From: Candidatus Bruticola sp.
GTDB lineage: Bacteria > Vulcanimicrobiota > Xenobia > Xenobiales > Xenobiaceae
Direction: 5' to 3'
Length of the DNA stretch: 64,000 nt
Assembly: GCA_051874735.1 (NCBI GenBank)
Contig: JBJEGD010000013.1
Span: forward strand, 78,707 to 142,706
Under the pieces are notes generated by a model that was not told the origin of the DNA, did no database searches, and was given only the letters and a program-made list of their open reading frames with translations. The translations under genes were made by a program, and so were the position numbers. The first letter of the stretch is position 1, and each line of letters begins with the position of its first letter. Below are positions 31,299 through 41,275 of the stretch, one piece after another.

Positions 31299-31325
31299 GA
31301 AAAAAAGAGCGGCAGAACCACTCTT
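31299..31325 (-). promoter_or_regulatory. rimP-nusA leader attenuator hairpin
   Basis: The minus strand reads AAGAGTGG-TTCTG-CCGCTCTT-TTTTT, between the promoter and rimP; it resembles the leader hairpin common upstream of rimP operons. Confidence 0.7.
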
Positions 31326-31353
31326 AACACAGAAGGCAAAAAGATACATGCGA

Positions 31354-31382
31354 ACTATATCATATAAAGTAACTGTGTGCAA
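31354..31382 (-). promoter_or_regulatory. Sigma70-type promoter of the rimP-nusA-infB operon
   Basis: TTGCAC-17 nt-TATAGT with an extended TG. Confidence 0.7.
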
Positions 31383-31719
31383 GCATTTCTAAATACGTTC
31401 CTGCAGGAAGAAACTGCCTGATTATAAGCCTATTTTATGCATTTTTTGATCTGTAGAAGATGTTGCTAATATCTAAGCTCGGAAAAAATCTATCATTCTT
31501 CTAACGTTTGCCTACTTGTTTTGTTTTCAGTCAACAGCTATAAATTATAGGTGAGAAGCAGCGCAAGCTGTGCCTGTAAAAATTGCTAAGAAAAAAACAA
31601 GACATAGGTCTTTTTTATTATATTGCAGTTTGGAACGGTTCGTTGTTCGTTTCCTCCTCTAAGTCGGGGGAGGACTGCTGGAGCTGAGCGCGGACATCCC
31701 AAAAACTGGAGGTAAAAAA

Positions 31720-32007
31720 ATGTCTAGTATTCGTCCTTTAGGCGAGCGTATTATCGTAAAGCCTGCACCTTCCGAGGAAAAGACTGCCGGCGGTTTGTTT
31801 ATTCCTGAGACTGCCAAAGAAAAGCCCCAAAAGGGCGAAGTTATTGCTGTTGGCCCAGGCCGCAGATCTGAAGACGGCGAGTATCTTCCTATGGAAGTTA
31901 AGGTCGGAGATAAAGTTTTATACGGAAAATATTCCGGTACAGAGCTTAAGTTAGATGGAGAGATATACCTCATTATAAAAGAGAGTGATATTTTAGCCGT
32001 TCTGTAG
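31720..32007 (+). CDS. groES: Co-chaperonin GroES
   Basis: [26 protein letters not shown] and [14 protein letters not shown] motifs; GGAGG RBS. Confidence 0.98.
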   Translation: MSSIRPLGERIIVKPAPSEEKTAGGLFIPETAKEKPQKGEVIAVGPGRRSEDGEYLPMEVKVGDKVLYGKYSGTELKLDGEIYLIIKESDILAVL

Positions 32008-32081
32008 GAACGTCTTTTAGTTGGGGGAAGATTTCCCATCAGTTAATTCTATTACTTGCAATTATTTATAATTTCATATAA

Positions 32082-33731
<1,650 letters not shown>

Positions 33732-33745
33732 TTAACTATATAGTA

Positions 33746-33849
33746 CGGCTGCTGTTTCTTATATAAATGTAAGGATTGGCAGCCGAGTTTTTTTGATAGG
33801 TTCGCTTACTGTTGTTCCTGCGGGAAAGTTAGGGTAGCGGCCTTTTTTT
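33746..33849 (+). terminator. Two tandem terminator-like hairpins after groEL
   Basis: CGGCTGC...GCAGCCG plus a T-run, then AGGTTCGCTTAC...GTAGCGGCC plus a T-run. Confidence 0.6.
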
Positions 33850-34056
33850 GTTGCTTATTTAGGCATAAAAAAATTAATTAGTAATTAACTGCACATTGTC
33901 GTTTTCTGTATATGGATAAACAGACAGCTTTTTTATGACTACAGAAAAACGTCTGGGGGGAATGTCTTTAGGTTAAGCTAAAATCCTTAGTTATAAGTTC
34001 GCAATATTATTCAGATTTTGCTTCTGGAATCGATCCAGATAGAGGAGGGGGCTTTT

Positions 34057-35394
34057 ATGCCCAAACTTTCTGCTCGCATTGCTCAGCGCAAGCCCACAGC
34101 TATACGCAATGCCAGTATAAGATTTGCTGAGAGAAAAGACGGATGTGAAGCTGTGAATGTAGCCATAGGTAATGTTAAACTGCCTATGCATCCGGCGATG
34201 ATTGATCGTCTCAAAAATTTAGATCGTCCTGACAGTCCATTTAAAGACGGCGTAGTTTGTTACAGTTCGACTGCTGGACTAGAAGAGACTCGTCAAGCTT
34301 TCATGAATGTACTTCAGTGTACCGGATTTAATGTTGAAGGATTGCATGTACAAGTAACAGATGGCGGAAGCCAGGCCATGGAATTATTGACAGCAGCCTG
34401 CTGTGGTTTCGATGGAGAAGAAGATCGGCCTCTATTGTTAGTAGACGCCGCTTATACTAACTACTGTTCCTTCGCTCATCGTTTAGGGAGACGCACCGTT
34501 TCTTTTTCTCGCCGTTTAGATAGCAGCGGCCGTTTCAATTTGCCTTCTTTGCACGACATAGAGAAGTTAATCGTTAAGGAGCATCCTGGTGCGTTAGTAG
34601 TTATTCCTTACGATAATCCAACTGGTCAACTTTATACTCACCAAATGATGGTCGACTTTGCTAAGTTGTGTATAAGGTATAATCTGTGGTTCATTTCTGA
34701 TGAAGCTTATCGTGAGCTCCACTATGTAGAGGGCTTAAAGGGGCCAGTTAGTATTTGGGGGATAACTGAAGAAGAGGCTCCAGGTATTACTGGAGTGCGC
34801 ATCAGCATTGAAACGACCTCTAAAGCTTGGAATGGTTGCGGTTTACGGGTCGGCGCCTTGGTTACGGATAATGAGGAGTTGCACAGACGTTTAGTAGCTG
34901 AAAATACGGTCAACCTGTGCACGAATACCATCGGACAATGGATTTTTGGTGCGGTTGCTCATTTAAATAGAGAAGAGGTTTGTGCTTGGTTTGCTAAGCA
35001 ACGTCTGTATTATAAGCCTTTGATGCAGAATTTTAATCGCGATATGCGTCAGGCTCTGCCTGGAGTAATTGTCAGCCGAGCAGATGCTTCTCTTTATGAA
35101 GTGGTCGATTTTAGAGAGATTGTCAGCCATAAATTTAATGCAGATAATTTTGTGGTGTGGTGCGCCTCAGAGGGTTATGTTATGCGCGATGGTCATAAGG
35201 TAACGCTGCTGACGGCTCCTATGCCTGAATTCTATAATGTTGTTGAAGGACAGGAAAATTTGGGACGCACCCAACTGCGCATCGCTTTTGTCGAAACGCC
35301 AGAAAATTTGGCCAAGGTCCCCGACCTGCTTAGCAGCCTTTTCCGCGAGTATTTGCGCCTTTATCCCGATATGGCTAAAAGGAAAGTCTGCTGA
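34057..35394 (+). CDS. PLP-dependent aminotransferase, class I/II
   Basis: VTDGGSQA, YDNPTG, ISDEAYREL and TSKAWNGCGLRVG (PLP lysine) motifs; AGGAGG RBS before ATG 34057. Confidence 0.88.
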   Translation: MPKLSARIAQRKPTAIRNASIRFAERKDGCEAVNVAIGNVKLPMHPAMIDRLKNLDRPDSPFKDGVVCYSSTAGLEETRQAFMNVLQCTGFNVEGLHVQVTDGGSQAMELLTAACCGFDGEEDRPLLLVDAAYTNYCSFAHRLGRRTVSFSRRLDSSGRFNLPSLHDIEKLIVKEHPGALVVIPYDNPTGQLYTHQMMVDFAKLCIRYNLWFISDEAYRELHYVEGLKGPVSIWGITEEEAPGITGVRISIETTSKAWNGCGLRVGALVTDNEELHRRLVAENTVNLCTNTIGQWIFGAVAHLNREEVCAWFAKQRLYYKPLMQNFNRDMRQALPGVIVSRADASLYEVVDFREIVSHKFNADNFVVWCASEGYVMRDGHKVTLLTAPMPEFYNVVEGQENLGRTQLRIAFVETPENLAKVPDLLSSLFREYLRLYPDMAKRKVC

Positions 35395-35477
35395 AAATTA
35401 TTGACAAAAAGGTGGGCGGCGGTCAGGGGGGAAAACTTGATCCCTTTGGGGTTACAGGCGCTATTTTTTTTGATCTC

Positions 35478-35506
35478 TTGACAGATAGACTCGTTTTGTG
35501 TAATAT
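35478..35506 (+). promoter_or_regulatory. Sigma70-type promoter of tRNA-Tyr
   Basis: TTGACA-17 nt-TAATAT directly upstream of the tRNA. Confidence 0.7.
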
Positions 35507-35518
35507 ACTGCACGTTAC

Positions 35519-35605
35519 GGGTACGTGGCAGAGTGGACAATTGCATCAGACTGTAAATCTGACGCGCGACGCGCTACAGAGGTTCGAATCCTTTCGTGCC
35601 CACCA
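35519..35605 (+). tRNA. tRNA-Tyr(GTA)
   Basis: Acceptor GGGTACG/CGTGCCC, anticodon arm TCAGA-CTGTAAA-TCTGA, long variable arm, GGTTCGAATCC, ACCA end. Confidence 0.97.
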
Positions 35606-35620
35606 TAAAGAGGAGAAATT

Positions 35621-35652
35621 CCGTCTCAGCGGTTGCTGGGGCGGTTTTTTTT
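35621..35652 (+). terminator. Terminator after tRNA-Tyr
   Basis: CCGTCTCAGC-GGTT-GCTGGGGCGG followed by a T-run. Confidence 0.8.
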
Positions 35653-35783
35653 TGCTATTTTTAAGGAAAGGTGGAGGTTGGCTGCAGCTAATACTTGTAA
35701 ACTTATATAAGTTCAATATTGGTAGAACGTAATTTTATATTGAAGGAAACGGGCAGAATTAACAATTCTGTTTAGGTGCTAAA

Positions 35784-36626
35784 TTGAGCAAGCTGATAAA
35801 TATTAAACGAGAGCCTAAGTCTCAGTTCAAAAAAATGGCAGCCGTTTTTGGTTACGTCTGCTTTTTTTTAGTTATATGTTTAAGTTTTTACAGCTGCGGT
35901 AGCTATTATAGTTACACAGATTATTTAAATAAGCTACCCCGAATAACCAGCCGCGAAGAATTGGATGAAGCCCTATTAGGGTTGGCGCGCTACTATGTCG
36001 TTTATAACGCACCTATTAGCGGTCAGCCTGCGGAAGATCCTTTTCATATTCTAAATGAAGGACAGGTGGCCATATACTTTCAATGTGAGGAGTACGTTCA
36101 AGAAGAATCGGAAGATGATGACGGCAACGTTGAATATGAATACAGGTGGGAGAGAGTTGGCCAACAAGATAAAATAACAAAATCGGAAAGAGCTTTTATT
36201 TACAAAAATGTACCCTTGAATTTGGCTGATTGTGAAATCAACGGCTGGGAAAAAGTTAAAGATCAAAAAGATTTCCTGCCCTCTATAGTTTCAGCTAGGA
36301 AAAATGTTCTGCCTCTTCTTTCCGGTTTGTATTATCCTCAATGTGTGGGAGACTTTGTTGGCAACAGGCGCTATGTTGTTAAGTTAATGAGACAGAATGC
36401 TCCAGTTACTTTTACAGCTGTTGTAGGTGATGGAAAAGTTGATGTCGTTTATGTAAAAAGCAGTTATGCTTTTGCTTTTTTTGAACCTGAGCATCCTGAT
36501 CTATTTATTAATGGCGACATGAAAAATCTGCATAGCACTGCTCTTACCGATTATTTCTTAGTTGTGGGATGTGCTTGGGGATTGTTGTTTGTTGGGACAA
36601 TAACCTACAAAATATTTGAGTTTTAG
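35784..36626 (+). CDS. Hypothetical membrane protein (N- and C-terminal TM, extracytoplasmic loop)
   Basis: 280-aa ORF with hydrophobic segments at both ends. Confidence 0.65.
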   Translation: MSKLINIKREPKSQFKKMAAVFGYVCFFLVICLSFYSCGSYYSYTDYLNKLPRITSREELDEALLGLARYYVVYNAPISGQPAEDPFHILNEGQVAIYFQCEEYVQEESEDDDGNVEYEYRWERVGQQDKITKSERAFIYKNVPLNLADCEINGWEKVKDQKDFLPSIVSARKNVLPLLSGLYYPQCVGDFVGNRRYVVKLMRQNAPVTFTAVVGDGKVDVVYVKSSYAFAFFEPEHPDLFINGDMKNLHSTALTDYFLVVGCAWGLLFVGTITYKIFEF

Positions 36627-36692
36627 AAAAAAATCTATCCCCCTCCGATATGGCGATCGTCGGGGGATCGTTATTTTTAAATTAGCTATTTT

Positions 36693-38021
36693 CTAGTATC
36701 CGTATCTCTTTTTATTTGCGTACAAGAAAATAATAAGCATAATTAAGGAAGCTAATTCAGCTACAATTACAGAAGCCCAAATCCATTCAACGCCGAATAA
36801 ATAAGGCAAGAACATTACGCTGGCTGATTGGAAGATCAGGGTGCGTGTAAAGGCGATGGTTGCCGAAATAATGCCGTTATTTAAGGCCGTAAAAAAGGAA
36901 GAACCGTAAATTCCTAAGCCAAAAAAGGCGAAACCTATCGAGTAAATACTTAATCCATGTTTAGTGATAGCCGTAAGTTCCTGATCGTAACCAACAAAAA
37001 GTCGAACTATAGGATCCGCTAAGATTATACTTAGTAAAGATAGGCCGATGCCGACAGAAACTGCAAAAAATATGCTTTTGTGCAGTATATTTTTTATTTC
37101 TGACGTATTTTTAGCGCCATAATGGTAGCTGACAATGGGGGCAGCACCTATGGAATAGCCGATAAAAATTGAAGAAAAGATAAAGCATAGGTAGCCTATT
37201 ACTCCGTAGGCAGCTACGCCGTTTTCTCCGATAAAGCGCAGAAGTTGAAAGTTATATAGAATAACTAAAACTGATGATGATATGCCGCTCATAAGTTCAG
37301 AGGAGCCATTAAGGCAGGACTGAAATAGAGCGCGCCCATAAAATTTAGTGGACTTCAACTGCAGCAAACTGCCGTTTGGGCGAATAAAGTAAATTAAGGC
37401 GGTTAAACTGCCTATAACTTGACTGAGAGAGGTTGCCACTGCCGCTCCCGTTAGTCCCCAGCCAAAATAAATAATGAAAATAGCGTCGAGTAACATGTTA
37501 GCCAAGCCAGACAGCAAAGTAACCGCAAATCCTAAGTTCGGACGTTCCGCCGCAATAAAGAAACTTTGAAAAACGTGCTGCAGCATAAAAAAGGGCATAG
37601 ATATCATATTAATATGTCCATAAAGAATACTGCAGTTGAGCAGTTCGCCTTCAGCTCCCAAAGCTTTAGCTACAGAGGGAACGGCCCAGTATCCAGCTGC
37701 TCCTAGTATGACGCCTAAAATGGCTGTAGCCGCAACTATCATAGAAAAGTAGCGGTTAGCTAGCTGAGGTTGGCCTTCGCCTAAAGTTTTAGCTGTGATG
37801 GCTGTGCCGCCAGTTCCCAGCATAAAACCTATAGAGCCAATAATCATCATCAGGGGGAATATAAAGTTTGTGGCTGCAAAGGCTGATTTACCGACATAAT
37901 TAGAAACAAAAAGTCCGTCAATTACATTGTACGTGGAAATGAAAAGCATCATCGCCATAGACGGCAGCGCAAAGCGCATAAGTTTTGAATAGGTGAAATG
38001 ATCTGAGAGTTTTATTTCCAT
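36693..38021 (-). CDS. MATE family efflux transporter
   Basis: MEIKLSDHFTYSKLMRFALP and YNVIDGLFVSNYVG motifs; about 12 TM segments. Confidence 0.93.
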   Translation of the reverse strand: MEIKLSDHFTYSKLMRFALPSMAMMLFISTYNVIDGLFVSNYVGKSAFAATNFIFPLMMIIGSIGFMLGTGGTAITAKTLGEGQPQLANRYFSMIVAATAILGVILGAAGYWAVPSVAKALGAEGELLNCSILYGHINMISMPFFMLQHVFQSFFIAAERPNLGFAVTLLSGLANMLLDAIFIIYFGWGLTGAAVATSLSQVIGSLTALIYFIRPNGSLLQLKSTKFYGRALFQSCLNGSSELMSGISSSVLVILYNFQLLRFIGENGVAAYGVIGYLCFIFSSIFIGYSIGAAPIVSYHYGAKNTSEIKNILHKSIFFAVSVGIGLSLLSIILADPIVRLFVGYDQELTAITKHGLSIYSIGFAFFGLGIYGSSFFTALNNGIISATIAFTRTLIFQSASVMFLPYLFGVEWIWASVIVAELASLIMLIIFLYANKKRYGY

Positions 38022-38366
38022 ATAAATATCGTAAAGGTCTGAGAGTCTAAAACAGCGACTGGTCCTTATTGTACAGCTAATATATGATCAAGCAAAGCGG
38101 CAATATGGCCGAATTAACCGTATCTTAGTTCGCTTTAACAGCCTAATTTGGCAGGTAAAACGCCGGTATAGCTTAGAAACATCAAATATATAGCAGTAAT
38201 GGCGGAGAAAAAACTTCTTAAAGATGGGAGGGGCTGAGCTTGGGGCTAGGTTTTATGGTTGTATGGTAGTTAGAGTTTCCAGAACTTAGGTACCGCTTCT
38301 TGAAGTGGCGGTCTGTCCCAGCGCAGATAGAAAATCTGCCTCCTATTTTTTAAGGAAAGGTTTAAT

Positions 38367-39485
38367 ATGCACAAACGCCGTTTAGGACGCACAGAATTGA
38401 TGGTATCTGAAGTCGGTATCGGCGGCTTGGGCATTATATCCAAGCTGCTCCCTAACCGGGAAGCCGGCATCGAAACGGTGCGCCATGCTCTCGATTTGGG
38501 AGTCAATTATATCGATACCGCGCGAGGCTATTTTGATGCCGAAGAGACGATTGGCCAGGCTATTGCCAATCGGCGCAATCAAGTAATTTTAGCCTCAAAA
38601 ACGTATCTGCGTTCTGGTTTTTTGGCTTACAAAGATTTAGAAACTAGTTTAGCAACTTTGAAAGTCAATCATATAGATATGTATCAAGTCCACCATGTGC
38701 AGTACAAAAGTGAACTTGAGCAGGTAATGGCTCCTAAAGGCGCTTTAGAGGCCTTAGAGAGCGCCAAAAAAGAAGGTCTTATTGATCATATAGGCATAAC
38801 CTCGCATCATACCAGAGTACTGTCTCAGGCGTTAGAAACGGGACGCTTCGACGCCGTGATGCTGCCTTTTTCTCCTATCGAGCGCGACGGTTTGGCGGAA
38901 GTTTTTGAAGCTGCCAAGCGTTTCGATGTGGGTATTATTGCCATGAAGGTGCTTTCGTCAGGTAGATTGACTTCAGTAGAAGAGGCCATTCAGTTTGTTT
39001 TAGCTCATGATATTTCCATGTGTGTATTGGGCTGCACTACTAAGGAACATGTAGAGCGCGACGTTCGTGCAGCTGAGGCATTGCACCAGATGAGCGGTGA
39101 ACAGCGTCAGGCTCTGCTGAGCGGCAGCGCCGATCTTAAAGACGGATTCTGTCGCCGCTGCCGCATATGTGAAGGACTTTGTCCTATGAAAATTCCTATA
39201 GCCGATATTTTCCGCTGTGAAGATTACCTTATTTTAAACGCTACTTATGCCCGTAACGAATACCGCTCTTTGTCCAGACATGTACCTAACTGTATAAAAT
39301 GTGGACAATGCGAATTAGTTTGTCCTTTTCACTTAAATGTAATATCGTCTTTAGATAGGGCTCACTGTCGATTGAGTCGAGGCAAATTGGAAGACTGTGC
39401 TGTTAATATTTTGCATAAAATAAAACTCTACGATTTGGCTCGCAAAGCTTATTTCTCGTTGGGAGGCGGGCTACCTGAACGGTGA
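38367..39485 (+). CDS. Aldo/keto reductase with a C-terminal 4Fe-4S dicluster domain
   Basis: RRLGRT, GVNYIDTARGY and IGITSH motifs; CRRCRICEGLCP and CIKCGQCELVCP. Confidence 0.9.
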   Translation: MHKRRLGRTELMVSEVGIGGLGIISKLLPNREAGIETVRHALDLGVNYIDTARGYFDAEETIGQAIANRRNQVILASKTYLRSGFLAYKDLETSLATLKVNHIDMYQVHHVQYKSELEQVMAPKGALEALESAKKEGLIDHIGITSHHTRVLSQALETGRFDAVMLPFSPIERDGLAEVFEAAKRFDVGIIAMKVLSSGRLTSVEEAIQFVLAHDISMCVLGCTTKEHVERDVRAAEALHQMSGEQRQALLSGSADLKDGFCRRCRICEGLCPMKIPIADIFRCEDYLILNATYARNEYRSLSRHVPNCIKCGQCELVCPFHLNVISSLDRAHCRLSRGKLEDCAVNILHKIKLYDLARKAYFSLGGGLPER

Positions 39486-39551
39486 AGAAAAGCTTAAAAG
39501 AGGGAAAAAAAGGCTGTGCAATAAACAAGGGGGCTCTCGGAGGTAGACAAG

Positions 39552-41195
39552 GTGGATAATACTGAAGGCGTATGCCCGTGGCTGAAAGAAGGTCAAAGGA
39601 TAATCAGCGCACCAGAAAAACGCTGGAAAATGGGTTTTATTTCTCTTTACGATGTAGAAAATAATGCAGCCCGCCTTTTAGGAGCTTGTGCCCGCCGAGC
39701 TGGCTATAAGTTTACCGAGATTTATTTTAAAGATTGGATTAATAACAAATTCGATCCGCCCAAAGATATTGAAATTAAACATCTGATTGAGCTTATCGGC
39801 CTACACAATTTAAATATTATTGGCTTTTCAGTTCGCGCTTCAGCTTATCATAAAGTAGCGGCTCAGCTCACCAAGGTAATTAGGCAGCATTTTCCCAGTA
39901 TAGTTATCCTTTGGGGCGGAACTCATACGGTACTAGATCCAGAAAAGTGTATTAAAGAAGCTGATATTGTCTGTCGAGGGGAAGCGGAAATAACTCTAAT
40001 TGAGCTGCTCGATCGTCTGTCTAACGGTTTAGATATTACTGAGCTACCTAACATTTGGGTTCGCTGGCGTTCCGATTACAAACAAATGCAGGGACACAAC
40101 CCTAGCAGCGGCGCCCCAACTCAGGTCTTTAAGAATCCGGTTGGTCCTAATGTACAGAACTTAAATTTGCTGCCCTTCCGCGATTTTTACTCCGATGATA
40201 AATACTTTATTTTGGGACGCCGCCTACATCAGGGCGATCCGATGATCGGCGATTCTTGCTTCCAAATGATGAATTCGCGCGGTTGCGTATTCCATTGCGC
40301 CTACTGCTATAATTCAGAACTTTCTGAACTGTATAAAGAGCAAGGACGCTACTTCCGCACTCGCAGTGTCGATTCAGTTTTGGCTGAAATAAAGCAGGCT
40401 CGCACCATTTTTACTAACATGAAGCGGATTCGCTTCGATGACGAAGTTTTTTTATTCTCTGATGATTGGTATGAAGAGTTCGCCCGGCGCTATCCTATCG
40501 AGGTTGGGCTGCCTTTTGAGGTTTTTACTGAGCCTAAGTTAGTTAAAAAATCGCTTTTTGAATTGCTGCGCCGGGCCGGTCTTGACGCTGTTTACATGGG
40601 GATCCAAAGCAGTTGTCGTGTTAATAGCGAACTCTATGATCGCAGTGGCAGTGATGAGCAGCTGCGCCGCTGTGCTGCTATTTTTGCTGAACTGGGACTT
40701 GATGCGCGCTATCACGTTATGATGGACGACAAAGAGTCTACTTGGGAAGATAAGCGCCATCTGTTCGATTTGCTCATGAGTTTTCCCCGGGGCAGCTATC
40801 AACTTTATCTGTTTAGCGTCGTAATTTTTCCCAATACTATGTTAGCCCGCAAACTTCTGGCTGAAGGCAAAATTACAGAAAATGATTTAGAGGGTGAACG
40901 CAATAAAACATTTCAGCAAATAAGGGTTAGCTTAAATTATCCTCGTCCTCCTGAGGACATGTTTTGGGCCGCTATGTTTGTCTTAGTCAGTAAGAATTTT
41001 CTCAGTGACAATTTTTTGTACTTTTTGGCCGACAATAAATTTTTACGCCGTAACCCTAAAATTTTGGCCTTGTTTGCCCAGTTGTGCAACATTATCAAAA
41101 TGGTCGGCGTAGTATTTGATATGGCATGTCGAGGAGAAATGAACTGGACTTTAATTAGGCGCTGGCTCAATTTTAATTCCCTCATTAGTCAATGA
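39552..41195 (+). CDS. Cobalamin-binding radical SAM protein
   Basis: B12-binding domain (ILWGGTH, VCRGEAE); SRGCVFHCAYC; RSVDSVLAEI; FDDEVF. Confidence 0.9.
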   Translation: MDNTEGVCPWLKEGQRIISAPEKRWKMGFISLYDVENNAARLLGACARRAGYKFTEIYFKDWINNKFDPPKDIEIKHLIELIGLHNLNIIGFSVRASAYHKVAAQLTKVIRQHFPSIVILWGGTHTVLDPEKCIKEADIVCRGEAEITLIELLDRLSNGLDITELPNIWVRWRSDYKQMQGHNPSSGAPTQVFKNPVGPNVQNLNLLPFRDFYSDDKYFILGRRLHQGDPMIGDSCFQMMNSRGCVFHCAYCYNSELSELYKEQGRYFRTRSVDSVLAEIKQARTIFTNMKRIRFDDEVFLFSDDWYEEFARRYPIEVGLPFEVFTEPKLVKKSLFELLRRAGLDAVYMGIQSSCRVNSELYDRSGSDEQLRRCAAIFAELGLDARYHVMMDDKESTWEDKRHLFDLLMSFPRGSYQLYLFSVVIFPNTMLARKLLAEGKITENDLEGERNKTFQQIRVSLNYPRPPEDMFWAAMFVLVSKNFLSDNFLYFLADNKFLRRNPKILALFAQLCNIIKMVGVVFDMACRGEMNWTLIRRWLNFNSLISQ

Positions 41196-41275
41196 TAACT
41201 GACCTAACTAGTAATACACGCTGATATGAACTCAGCGATTATCATCCGTTTTTTTTAACACTGCAGGGTAAAAAA

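Noticed and set aside
38200-38366. Cobalamin riboswitch upstream of the B12-radical SAM cluster
   Set aside because: Only two small hairpins; the conserved B12-box and GGGAA/GCCACTG elements are not present.
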